From Camelus ferus (Eukaryota), in assembly GCF_009834535.1 (NCBI RefSeq), contig NC_045696.1:48114001-48178000 (forward strand): a DNA stretch of 64,000 bases, read 5' to 3'. The position numbers and the translations under genes are program-made. How positions within the stretch are numbered: the stretch's first letter is position 1; every line of letters starts with the position of its first letter. Below, in pieces: positions 12,241-24,110 of the stretch. The notes below the pieces were generated by a model, which did no database searches, was not told where the DNA came from, and saw only the letters and a program-made list of their open reading frames with translations.

Positions 12241-12489
12241 GAAAAGGGGATAAATTGGCATTTAAAATGAAAATCTGACTATATAGTGTCTCATAAAGAG
12301 TTGAGTATTAAGCTTAGAATTAAATTGTGAAGAGCAAGACAAGATCAGTGTTCTAGAGAGTAGGACAGAAACAGACAGAAAGAAGAGGGAAAAGATCTGA
12401 AAACAAAACTAAAATGGAGACCGAGGAACTATCTTCCAAGAAAAATTATCCGTATCTCCTTGCTTCTCTGCAGCTTCTAGTTCAGTTAT

Positions 12490-13010
12490 GCATTTATTAA
12501 TTTATTTAATAAATAAGCCTTCATCTAATTTTTCTTAAGTGTCAGGAAACAGATTAGGTGTTGGTGATGCAATAATATATAAGACATAGACCTATCCAAA
12601 GAAATGTTGATCTAATAGGAGATACAAATGTTTAAACAAAGAAATACAGATGAGGTTAAGGTAGGTTGGGTTCTACAGGTAACTAAAACTACATTTGAAG
12701 CAGAAAGAATAGTGTGAATAACTTTGCCTTGATCTAAACCATGCACAGTGCTGAGCAAAGGACACCTGTCACCACCTCCAGAGGAGGCGTCGCCCTGTGT
12801 GGAGGACAGTAGAAATTGAATGTGGGTGGAAGGAGAGGGAAAGAATGTCTCGGTTTACACTGACAAGGAGTCAGGGAAACAGTGTGTGTGGTGAAGAGCA
12901 AGTGGTTATGTTTTGCTCTAGAATAGTAAGGCTGTTAAAGATACTAAGACCACTTTGAATGTCAGAGGTGAAACCTAGGGTCGTGTGATCAATGGGAGAG
13001 CCATGGCTGT
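12490..13010 (-). mobile_element. L2 fragment
   Basis: catttattaatttatttaataaat...gtgtcaggaaacagattaggtgttggtgatgcaata...aagacatagacc, then purine-rich L2-like sequence. Confidence 0.55.
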
Positions 13011-14177
13011 TGAACAAGAAGGGAAAAAAATATGAGAATGTAAAAATTCGATGAGAACGTAACCAAATTTAAGATAAAAAATTAAGCAGAATGAGTCTTC
13101 ATGGCCAGTCTTACTACACTCTTCTCTCCCAGTGGGAACCCCAAACCTGAGAAGCAGAGAAACACCTGTGCCTCAGATCTCTCCCTTTGTTCTACACTCT
13201 TGATACACCTTTCCTTCTTCTCTTGGTTGGTCCATGTGAAAGAGGCCACAGCTCAGGGAAGTTAGTAAATGTACTGTCTTTGTTTCATTACTTTGTGATA
13301 TTCCTCCCTCCATCTCTATAATTTATTTACCTTAGGATTAAATTAAGTTGCTCAGTGGTCTCCTGGGGCATGGAGAGAAGGGACATCTGGTTTGGGAGGG
13401 CAGATTTCCTGGGCAGGACCAACTGTCTGGATCCTCCTGAATACGGATCCATCAACTTTTGCTGCCTGGAGGAGGCCACATATTTTCCCCTGGACTGAAC
13501 TTCACCTTCTTCAGACTTGCTGAGGGCAAAGGCTAGAGAAGATAGGAATTTGTTTATTGCACAGTTTTAAAATAATGAATAAGGAAAACTTGTCATCAGG
13601 GTTTGCTAAGATTCCACCTTATACCCAGTACACTATTTTTATCTTGTGCTAGGATATATATTAAAAGGAGAAAAAAAATCTAAAATACTTGAATAAGGTT
13701 GTATTATAACAATAATATTGTTGGCAGTATCTGTTCTTCAGCCTGATGTGATTTATTTATTATTCTAATGTAGTTTTATCCTTTGTAATTTTTGATAATT
13801 ATTTTTTCCTTTTTTATTGCAAAAAAGCATGTGAAATAAAAACTTGAAAGAACAAAGTAATTAAGTAGGATGAAACTGCATTCAAAAAAGATACAATGCA
13901 ATTGACTGTGTTTAAGATAAATGCACTAACTTGTTTAAATAATGACATTGACTAAATTGCATTATTCTACAGTAATATTATCATTAAATATTCAATATGT
14001 ATCAAATTACTTTGCAATAATACATATTCAATATCTAGGTATATTCTGTCATAATAGATATTCAACACAATATAAATATACAATTAAAACTAAACTTATA
14101 GTTTCATCAGAAGTTTCTGTGAATATTCTTAAATATTGGTGCCTAGTAAAACATTTCAGCAGGCTGGGAAAACCAAA

Positions 14178-14210
14178 TGTGTGTGTGTGTGTGTGTGTGT
14201 ATGTGTGTGT
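14178..14210. repeat. (TG)n microsatellite
   Basis: Directly visible in the sequence. Confidence 0.95.
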
Positions 14211-15543
14211 AGTTTTCTAGATGGAATAAATAATTATAAAATAATTATAAAATGAAGTGCATTAGCCATACATGCAGAGTAATCAAGTCCTTGGCTGTTA
14301 GACACATCAGCTTGTGAACTTCCAAAATGTATACTGAGGAATATCCTGAACATATACTGTTTAGGAGATTCAGAACAGTTTTATTCAACCTTATTGTTCT
14401 CATTTTCCCCTCATGTTCATTAATCAATCAGTCAGTTCTTTTTCTTTTATTTGTCCACAAATAGGAGCTATTTTAGACACTTAGATGCAGCAATAAAGAG
14501 ACGTAGGGAAGAAAAGTCTTCTCACGAAGCTGATGTCCTGCTGAGAGATGGAATCAGTAAACAAATTTACAAGTATTTAATATCATTTTAGAAAGTGTAA
14601 GTTTGATGAAAAACAAAGCAAGGTAGAAAGAAGAGAGAGGATTTTACTTTTTAAGGCAGCATTCTTTTGTGAGGAAGTAATTTTTGAGCAGAGACCTGAT
14701 TGAAGTGTGGGACAAGCCAAGCGACATACTGGAAGGAAAGAATTCAGGCTGGTGACTGGAAGGGATCGAAGGAGAGAGTGGTGAGGGGTGAATTCACAGA
14801 GATAAGCATAAATCAGACCACAAAGGGCCTTTATATCATGATACAGATTTTGGAATTTATTCCAATTATGATAGAAAGCCATTAGAGAATTTTGAGCAGA
14901 AGAATGATATAATTCTATCTATATGTTTCAATTGTCAATCTGGTAGCACGATGGAGAACAATGTGGGGGAATGAGCATAAATATAAGGAAATGAGTTATG
15001 AAGCTAACAAAGTAATCCAGACAAGAGATGTGAAGGGCTTGAGCCAAGTTGGAGTTGGTGCATAGTGGAAAATGGTAGTCCTGGCAGAACTTGTTTATGA
15101 TCTGGATGTGGATGTGAAGGGAAAAGAAGAAATAAAAGATGAGCCCTGGGTTTTCTCCTTGAGCAACTGTGTGAATGGCAAGACCATTTACCAAGATGAA
15201 AAAAATTGGGGCAATAGCAGTTAAGGGAGAGACTAAAAAATTCTGATTTGGATAGGTTAATCATCATGTGAATATGAGATTTTCACATGGAGATTTTAAG
15301 TAGACAGCAGGATATATGAGTTGAGAATTAGAGGGAGAGATCCAGGCTAAAGTTATAAGCATATAGGTGGTTCTTAAAGCCATTGGGCTGGATGAGATAA
15401 CCAAGGAAGAAAACGTGGGTAGGGAGAAGGGCCAGGAACAGAGCCTAGAGACACTGCAACATTTGAAGATCAGGTATAGCAACGAAGACCAGGAAGGAGT
15501 CACAAGAACTACAGGGGAAACGAAGAGAGGTATTGTCTTTGAC

Positions 15544-16170
15544 CTGGGGTTGGCAAACTAAAGCCTGCGTGGCAAATCCTGTCTGCTGTCTGTCTTGTAT
15601 GGCTGTCAAGCAAAAACAATAGGTTTTACATTTTGAAATGGTTGAAAAACATCAAAAAAGAATAATGTTTTTCAGAAACAGACTCAGACATAGAAAACAA
15701 ACTCAAGGTTACCAGGAGGAAAGATGGTGAGAAGGGATAAAATAGGAGTTTGAGATTTGCAGATACTGACTACTATATATAAAATAAATAAACAACAAGC
15801 TTGTACTATATAGCACAGGCAACTATATTCAATATCTTGTAGTAACCTATAATGAAAAGAATATGAAAAGGAATATATGTGTATGTATGACTAAAACATT
15901 ATGCTGTACACCAGAAATGGAAATAATGTTGTAAACTGACTATACTTTAATAAAAAATTAAAAAAAGAATAATGTTTTGTGACACATGAAATTTATATGA
16001 AATTCAGATTTCAGTATCTCTGAATAAAGTTTTATTGGAACACAGCCATGCTCATTCCTTCACATATTGTCTGTGGCTGTTTTTGTTCTACAACAGCAGA
16101 GTTGAGTAGTTGCAACAGAAACAATATGATCCATAAAACCAAAAAGATTTAATGCATGGCTTTTTACAGT
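15544..16170 (+). mobile_element. MER58B-like hAT-Charlie DNA transposon, split by an L1
   Basis: Begins ctggggttggcaaactaaagcc. The second half has aataaagttttattggaacacagccatgctcattcc...agcagagttgagtagttgcaacaga, matching the recalled MER58 consensus. Confidence 0.85.
15672..15960 (+). mobile_element. 5'-truncated L1 3' end
   Basis: cagaaacagactcagacatagaaaacaaactc...ttgtaaactgactatactttaataaaaaattaaaa. 18-bp TSD aaaaaagaataatgtttt at 15654-15671 and 15961-15978. Confidence 0.92.
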
Positions 16171-16762
16171 AATAAGCCATTAATGGAAGGACATGTTTCA
16201 AGAAGGAGGAGTGATCAGATGTTTTGATCTCTGCTAGAAGGTCAAATTAGAGGAGGTGAGACTTGACCCCTGGATTTGGCAAGATAGAGATAATTGATGA
16301 GCATGTTAAGAATGGATGCAGTAGACATAATAGACTGGTAGGGAAAAAAGCCTAACTGTGGTGGACTGATGAGAGAATGGAAATACAGGAAGATAGAAAA
16401 TTAGAAATAACAACCACCACCAACACTCTGTCAAGGACTTCTCCTGTAAAGATTAACAAAAACATAGCAACTAGAAGGGACATGGATTTGAGGGAAGATA
16501 CACCACAGCATAATATATAACTGTGCAGTGTGTTCCCTTCAGATAATTTATTCAGCAGTCCTGGGAGTCATGCCTATTACATAGAGGAAAAAGCATGTCT
16601 TGAAAAATACATAATTAAAACTTGTGGGAAGAAGAGTAATTGTCAAGGTTTATTAAGGTACGTATTACAGATATACATCTAAACAAAATTTTAAAGCATA
16701 AAAAAAATTCACGGATGCAGTTAAACTGCATATCTTTCCTATATTGTTAAGTACTAACTTTC

Positions 16763-18616
16763 TTTTTTTTTAAATTGAAGTATAGTCGACTTACAATATT
16801 ATGCTAGTTTCAGGTGTACTACATAATGATTTGATAATTGCATGTATTACAAAATGATCACCACGAAAAGTCTAGTTAACATCTGTGCCCATATAAATCT
16901 GTTACAATATCATTGACCACATTCCTTGTGTTGTATATTTTATCTCTTTGAATTATTTATCATGTAATTGGAGGTTTGTACCTCTTAATCCCCATCACTT
17001 ATTTCACTCACCTCAACCCCTCTCCCTTCTGTGAGTCTGTTTTTGTTTGGTTTTGTTTGTCTTGTTTTTTTAGATTCCGCCTATACATGAGATCATGTGG
17101 TATTTGACTTTCTCTGCCTGATTTATTTCAGTTAGCGTAAAACCCTTTAGATAGATCCATGTTGTTGCAAATGGCAAGATTTCTTTTTCATGGCTGATTA
17201 ATATTCCATTGTGTATGTATGCATCATACCTTCTTTATCCATTTGTCTATTGATGGAAACTTCGGTTGCTTCCATATCTTGGTTATTTTAATTAATGTTG
17301 CAGTGAACATAGGATGCATATATCTTTTTTTGTTTTTTGTTTTTTGTTTGTTTGCATATATCTTTTTGAGTTAGTGTTTTCTTCAGGTAAATGCCGAGAA
17401 GTGAAATTGCTGGATCATAAGACAGGTTCTATTTTTAATTTTATGAGGAACATCTGTACTGTTTTTCATACTGGCTGCACCAATTTACAATCCCACCAGC
17501 AGTGCATGAGGGTTTCATTTTCTCCACGTCCTCATCAGTGCTTGTTATTTGTTGTCTTTTCGATGATGACCATCTGACAGGTGTGAAGTGGTACCTCAGT
17601 GTGGTTTTGATTTGCATTTGCGTGATGATTAGTGATACTGAGCATATTTTCATGTGTCTGTTGGCCATCTGTATGTCTTTGGAAAAATGTCTGTTCGGGA
17701 CCTCTGCCCATTATTTAATTGGGTTGTTTGCTTTTTTGTTGTTGAATTGTGTGAGTTCCTCGTATATTTGGGATATTAACCCCTATTGGACATATTTGCA
17801 AATATCTACTCCCATTCAGTAGACTGCTTTTTTGTTTTGTTGATAGTTTCCTTCCCTGTGCAAAAGGTATTTAGTTTGATATAGTCCCATTTGTTTATTT
17901 TTGCTTTTGTTTCCCTTGCTTGAGGAAACAGGCCTGCTGGTGGGTAGTGCTGGGTCCCTACACTAATAGGTTAGAAGGAGGACTCCAAATAGTGCTTTCC
18001 AGCATCAGTGTCCTCCTGGTAGAAGGAATTCCCCCAGATGGCTGCCTCCAGTGTTTTATGTCCCGAGGGGAAGTCCCAGTTGCTTCCTGACTCTCCGGAA
18101 GCCTCTCCAGGATCAGTACGTGGGTCTGACCCGGGCTCCTTTCAGAATACTGCCTCTGCACCAGGGTACTGAGTGTGTGAGATTTTCCACGCCCTCTGTA
18201 GGAGCAATGTGTCTGTTTCCAGCAGCCTTCCGGTTCTCTGGGACGCAAGCCCTGCTGTTCTTCAAAGCCACACCTTCTGGGGGCTGTATTCCTGGTGTGG
18301 GACCTCTGGGCCGGGGAGTCCGAAGTGGGGCTCAGACCCATTGCTCCTTGGGAGGACCTCCGGTAATTGTGCTTATCCCCCCATTTTTGTGCGTCCCTAC
18401 TCCTACCCTGGAGATGTGGGTCTTGACTGTACTACGTTCTCCTGCTGGTCTCGTTGCAGTTCCTTCTTTATATTTTTAGTTGTGAAAAATCTTTTCTGCT
18501 AGTTTTCAGGTTGTTTTCATAGGTAGTGGATCTGTAAATCATTGTGATTTTGGTGTGCCCGTGGGAGGAGATGAGCCTCAGGGTCTTCCTCCTTCACCGT
18601 CCTGTCCACACCTCTT
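16763..18616 (-). mobile_element. Internally deleted LINE-1: 5'UTR (18616 to about 17930) joined to the ORF2 3' end, 3'UTR and polyA
   Basis: The 5' part is homologous to the L1 5'UTR at about 6025-6700. The 3' part encodes [32 protein letters not shown] (ORF2 C-terminal region). PolyT at 16763. 12-bp TSD gtactaactttc at 16751-16762 and 18617-18628. Confidence 0.9.
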
Positions 18617-19669
18617 GTACTAACTTTCATATAAAAATTACCTTGGGAGATACATTTATTGACCTATAAGATGTCTTTTAATTATTGTTATATGGATATA
18701 TTCTTATGCGATAGAGGTACAGAACAGCACATACTTGATACATGGAAAGATATATTTTCTCTGTTACTGTCATAAACATGGTGTGACCCGATTAATGAAG
18801 GTCAATTATCAAGCAAAGAAGAAGAATCACCATTTTTGTTTAATATGGAACTTACTCCCCAATAGTAGAATAGTTTCATTTAATTTATTTATAAATCATA
18901 GGCAAAGTAGAGGAACATGATTTATGCATACAATCTCTCACTCCTGAGGATCAATGGAAAGAAAAGGAACATAATCATTCAGATACTAAACACGTTTTGT
19001 CACCTCACAGGTATAAAATTCTGGCCAAGAACTGCAACACCTTTGATAATAACTCCAATAGTTGCCTTCTCTATAACACATATCCAGGATACTTGGAATT
19101 TTCAGTAGGAGTCTAATAAGAAGTGAAATCGTGAACTTGGACCTTTATGATGTATAGAGATATCTGGATTTTAAGGACATCCTTTGGGGAAGAGTATTAT
19201 AGGATTGAAGCTGTCAGAAGAGATAAAGCACTGCCTAATGAACAAAAAAAGGCTCCCCTAAAGCTGACACAGATTAAGTATCCAGGAACAGTACACTCGT
19301 CCACGAGCACTGGAGCCAAAAATAGTTAGCAGAAGTCGATACTATAAAGAAGTTAAATGTAAAGTGGAATTGCCTTATTGCAACTAGAACTTTTTCATTA
19401 TCACCAAGTATTTTTTGAGTAGCTGCTTGAATAAGGTACAGGTGTTGCAAATGATGAAATTGCGCTGTCCCTTCTCTAGGTGATGAGGCAATCTAGGGAG
19501 GCTTCTAACATCCTGTAATATGTCATCAAAAAGAATAAAGGCCCATAATAAAGGTCAGAAGGAAACAATCCTGTACTTTGTTGTGAGGGCAAACCTAGAA
19601 TCAGACTCTGGCATTTATACCCGTTTTTCTCAGTGGAGTATCCTTCTCTCTTCTCTGAAAAGAAAAACA

Positions 19670-20150
19670 CCACCATTTTCTGAGGAACCCACACTTCTCC
19701 ACATGTTAGATTTAAGACGGGTTGCTACTCAGTGAACTCTCCCTTCCTTATCACCCTCCAAATCATAGGAGAGTGAATTTGGCCCAGTTTATTTCCTCTG
19801 ATCACCGTAACTGAGCTAGTTAGAATCCTTTCTGAGCTAGTTAGAGTCTTCCTGGGATTTTATATGCAAAAATTGGGTGAGAGAAATAGCTCCTTCTCTG
19901 GGTTATAATCTACGATGACATAATGTTGGAATTACTTCTGGTCGTACACCACCCATCTGTTCTCATGTTGGAAGCCATCTGATGTAGGAGAAAATAGTCA
20001 AAGCCCAGAGAGCAGCCAGGATGAGAGAGTGAAAGATCAGAGAGCATCATTTCAGTCATTGGACCCATGCGGTCCTTCCCAGTTACATGAGCCAGTACCT
20101 CTCCCACACCCTTTCCTTTTTTTTCCCCCCATAAGCTAGTTTGGATGTTT
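19670..20150 (+). mobile_element. MaLR LTR (MLT1J-like)
   Basis: agtcttcctgggattt...gagagaaatagctccttctctgggtt...cccagttacatgagccagtac...taagctagtttgg. Confidence 0.6.
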
Positions 20151-21589
20151 GAATTGAGTAGCAGATAGGCAGTGATCCATTAATAGGTTACTTGTAACTA
20201 TGAAAGTAACGCAGAAGTTAAAAGAGATAGCATACAATGATTTGGTATTTTACATGATCCTATATAAACTAGGTGAAAGTTTCTCCAAAAAAAAGAAAAT
20301 GTTTGAACCATCTTAAGACTTAAAGGAATTTTTATAATGCCTATTTATTAAGTACGTCATTGTATAAATGGGTAAAGTTACAGAGGATCAGTGTATCTTT
20401 CATCATCAAACAGTAAGTCAATAGAAGACCTGAAACCCAGATCTTCTTGTAGTTCAATAACAATTTTTCCTACATATGCCAGTGATGAATTTCAACATCA
20501 CCTAAGAAACTATATTGGTATTGCAATCTTTAGTTATGTCTGGACCAAATAAATCATTATAATAATAAATCCAGTATTTAGATTGCTAAAGGGCAAAAAC
20601 AGAGCAAGTCCTCTTTAGTGGACTTGTCTCATAAATAGAGGACTATAGGAGAGCAAAGGAAAAGTGATTTGATGGAAAGAATACTAGGATACAAATATTT
20701 GTCAATTGCACAAAAATGACATTCACTTTTCCTGGCATTCAGCTCATCATTAGTCCTGTTGTTTTTGTTATGAGCTGTGAGGACAAAGAGACTATGTTAT
20801 CCTTAAAATGTTCTGCCAGTTTTGGGGGGTCACTGAACCTCAGTGTCATTCAGCCAGTCAGATTAAGGGAGAGGGAATCCCTTAATAAGGAAGGCTCAGT
20901 ATGATGTACTTAATTAAGTTGGTTCTCTGGATGTATTTGGTTGAAACTTGAGAGATGTAACACAAAAATTGATCGTAGGCAGTGGGAAGGTGACCATGAT
21001 GATTAAAATATTTGCACAACTAACACTAAAAATGTTATCAAATAGATTTTAATTATCACAGAATGGTGCTCAGTTGGAAATGGATTTTCATCAAATAGTC
21101 AAATACCTTCTCATTTAATTGGGGATAATGAGCAAGGCCTCAATATTCCTTGTCAAGTTGATTATTGAAATAATAGACTTAGAAATCGCTGGGAAAGGGC
21201 ATGACTTTCTCTTAACACCATCATGGTCTTTTCTTCTACATGCATGATCACCAGCCTCTCCTACCCCAACCCTAACACAGGCGGGGCTAAACTGCGCAAG
21301 TGTGGGTGAACGAGGATGGCAGGTGTAGGCGACTGGAGTAAGAACATTCGTACTAAATCCAGAATTTCCACCCCCCCCCCCCCCCGTCAGTGCTTCTTGG
21401 ACTATATCCACCTAGAAGAGACGAGAACATGGCACAGGGAGGAAACTTTTTTATTTTCCCTGCATTATAAAAGAGGCAAATGGGTATAAATTATTTTTAA
21501 AAAAACTTACAAAAGGAGTTCTGGGTAGACTATAGAAGAGATGGAGGCAAGTCGGGAGAATTAATAGCTGAAAGGAATTTTACCCTTTA

Positions 21590-22580
21590 GAAACATGGAC
21601 TTCATTCTTGATGCCTGTCAATTATCTCCTGTGTTTAATTCATAATGAAGTCCTGTCTATTTTCTCTTAAATCTGGCCACTTCTTTAAAATGCATCCGCA
21701 GTCACCCAGTCCGTTCCGTCAAGCCACCATCTCTCTTGCCCGGACTGTTCTCCCCGTTTGCCCTCCTGCTGCCCCGCAGTCAGTGCTCTGTGCTGTTCAG
21801 GCTCCCAAGAGCCAGTTGTGTGCGTCACTTTACAATTCTACCTTCAGTGATACATTCAGTGATAAATTGGCCAAGTGGGAATATTTACATCACAGAAATT
21901 GGAATAGGCTATAAATCAGGACTTTTTAATGTATATTTGCCAAATAGCTAATTGTTAAAGATTTTCTGATCCACCACTGCCTACAATTCATTCTCCATCC
22001 AGCTGCAGAGGATATTTTAAAAACATAAATTATATCACGTTGTCCTCCTGCTTTAAAGTCTACAGTGACATCCTACAAAATCCAAATTACTAGCTGGATC
22101 CTCTAGACCCTAATATATTCTGACCTCAGCTTAACCTGTACCCTTGTTTTCTTCCATAGCCCATCTCACTACAGTCCAGCAACCTTTGTCTGCCTCCTGT
22201 CCCTCCAACATACCATGTCTGTGGTCTTTGCATAATAGGGCCAGGCTTCTCCTGAACCTTTGTGTAACTGAATCATTCTCTTCCAGGTCTCAGGATAAAA
22301 CTCACCTCCTCAGAGAGATCTTCCATGACTATCCTATCTTCGTATTATGTTGTCTTCTTTTCTTTATGAGATGTTACGCGTTTCGTTTCTATCTCCCCTA
22401 TTATATAAACAAGGCTCATGCTATTTAGTTCATTTTGCTGTATTCCCAGTGCCTAAAAATGCCTGGTTCAAAGTAGCAATTCAACACGTTTATTGAATTA
22501 ATAACTGGTGAATATATGTAATTCACACTTGCACAGCACAGTGTCTGACGTAACTATTTAGTTGAGTAAGTGAATGAAGG
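21590..22580 (+). mobile_element. L2 fragment containing MER63
   Basis: aagccaccatctctcttgcccggact, ttttaaaacataaattatatcacgttgtcctcctgctttaa, tattcccagtgcctaaaaatgcctgg...gttgagtaagtgaatgaa. Confidence 0.7.
21781..21979 (-). mobile_element. MER63-like hAT DNA transposon
   Basis: Ends are cagtg... and ...ccaccactg. The internal sequence gggaatatttacatcacagaaattgg...ctataaatcaggac matches the antisense MER63A consensus as recalled. Confidence 0.75.
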
Positions 22581-23864
22581 AGTAAATCATTAAGTATATC
22601 AATTTAAGAACTAATTATTGAAGTCTTATTTGAATTTCATCCCATTCTCTACTTATGTATCTATCATAACCCTGAAGAGGAGAAACCATGCCTAGTGATA
22701 TTAATAAGATACTTACAGTCTGAAGCTCAGGAAATGCCTCTAGGTTTCCTGGAGGAAAATCTAAAGATAGCCCCAGAGCTTTAATCTCATGTTGTTGATT
22801 CTGCTGACTTGTAAGTTGAAGATGCTGAAATGATCTATGCACCAGAGTTTAGACTCTTTTGTTCCCTAAAACATTATTTTTAAGAACTCTCTTTTAATTT
22901 TTGATTTAAGGATGGGATCTTAAAAAAAACCTCTTATTTTAGAGAGTATTTATTTATTATAAGCATTTAGAATCTCCATCAGATTTTGCGACATTCATGC
23001 CATTTTAACTGCTGCTAATGAGTTTGGTAAAAGCTAAACATGGGAACCACGTAAGTTTGGAATGTACATGCACGCTCGTATAAGTCATCCGGACGTACAG
23101 AGGGTACTCCAGCATCTGGGAGGGTAGCTCTCGCCGCCCACTCCCTTACGCTAGCCACTTTCGAGCCGGGGCTGCTCACCCTCTCGTGCACTGCTCACTC
23201 TGCTCCTGTTAGGAGGATGTCCTTCTGACTTAAACTTTAGCTGGGCTCACTCTCCACTGCCACCTGCCACCTTCATGTTGAAGAAGTAAACCCCATACCC
23301 TCAGGGTACTTGCTCCTCCTCCTGCCCAGAGACCAAGAATGCTGCCACTTCACTTCCACCAATTTTAATATGGAAAACCTTTGGCGTTAAGATCTCTGGA
23401 GACTACCACAGAATTGGTCATTGTCACTAATACCATTTTCATTGTTTAGAAATCACAAAATGGAAGAGGAAAGATCTTTGGGACAGATGGGCATTCCAGT
23501 GTTTAGTTTAAAGGACTGCAGAAAGTACTGTAATTTTGCAGGCTTTTCTGAAGTTTTTCCACTGACATAGATCAACATGTCTAATTGGGGTACAGGCCAG
23601 AGTTATCAAGACATTGGCATAAGGCATCTTTCTTTGTATAGCTGGTCACTTACTTCTTTTTTGTCCAATACATTTGAAATGAAAGTCATAACAAGAGACT
23701 AACTTCTTAATCTCTAAAAGTTGGTGCTCAGGCCTAAGTGCTTAGTGCTCAGTACTCAGTACTCATGCATACAGGCATTGCCTGTCAGGGAAGCCAGAAT
23801 ATCAGTTTCAAGATTTTTATCAGTTATCCATGACACTCTTTTCCCGTATTTCTGTGACTAAAGG

Positions 23865-24110
23865 TAACAATAATAGTAAATGCTTATATGGTATTTACTA
23901 TAATGCCCGTCCATTGTTCTAAGTGCTTTGCATGGATTAATTTTATCCTCCTAATAACTCGATGAGGTGCGTCCTATTACTGTTCCCATTTTCAAGTGGG
24001 AAACCCAAGAACCACAGAATTTAAGTATCTTACCCAAAGTCATGCAGCTAGAAGGTAGGGTATCTGGAATTTGGACCTACACAGTTGGGATTCAAAGCCA
24101 CTGCTCTCCT
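23865..24110 (-). mobile_element. MIR SINE
   Basis: tgttctaagtgctttgcatggattaa...ctattactgttcccattttcaagtgggaaacccaag...cttacccaaagtcatgcagcta is the antisense MIR core. Confidence 0.85.

Larger units (their letters stand above)
14420..16500 (-). mobile_element. Long L2 (L2a-like) fragment interrupted by MER58B and an L1
   Basis: Hallmarks include gaaagccattagagaattttgagcagaagaatgatataat, taatccagacaagagatg, tttaagtagacagcaggatatatgagttg and ttaaagccattgggctggatgagataacc. The element resumes after about 16180 with gacatgtttcaagaaggaggagtgatca. Confidence 0.8.

Noticed and set aside
12776..12792. Second CTCF-like sequence cctccagaggaggcgtc
   Set aside because: The spacing does not fit the core consensus, and it lies within an L2 fragment.
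17958..18502. Three overlapping ORFs of 109-142 aa
   Set aside because: They lie within a GC-rich L1 5'UTR, where stop codons are scarce.
19811..19845. Direct repeat ctgagctagttaga (twice); similarly gaagagggattaga twice at 60601-60642
   Set aside because: These are simple local duplications with only two units, the first inside an LTR.
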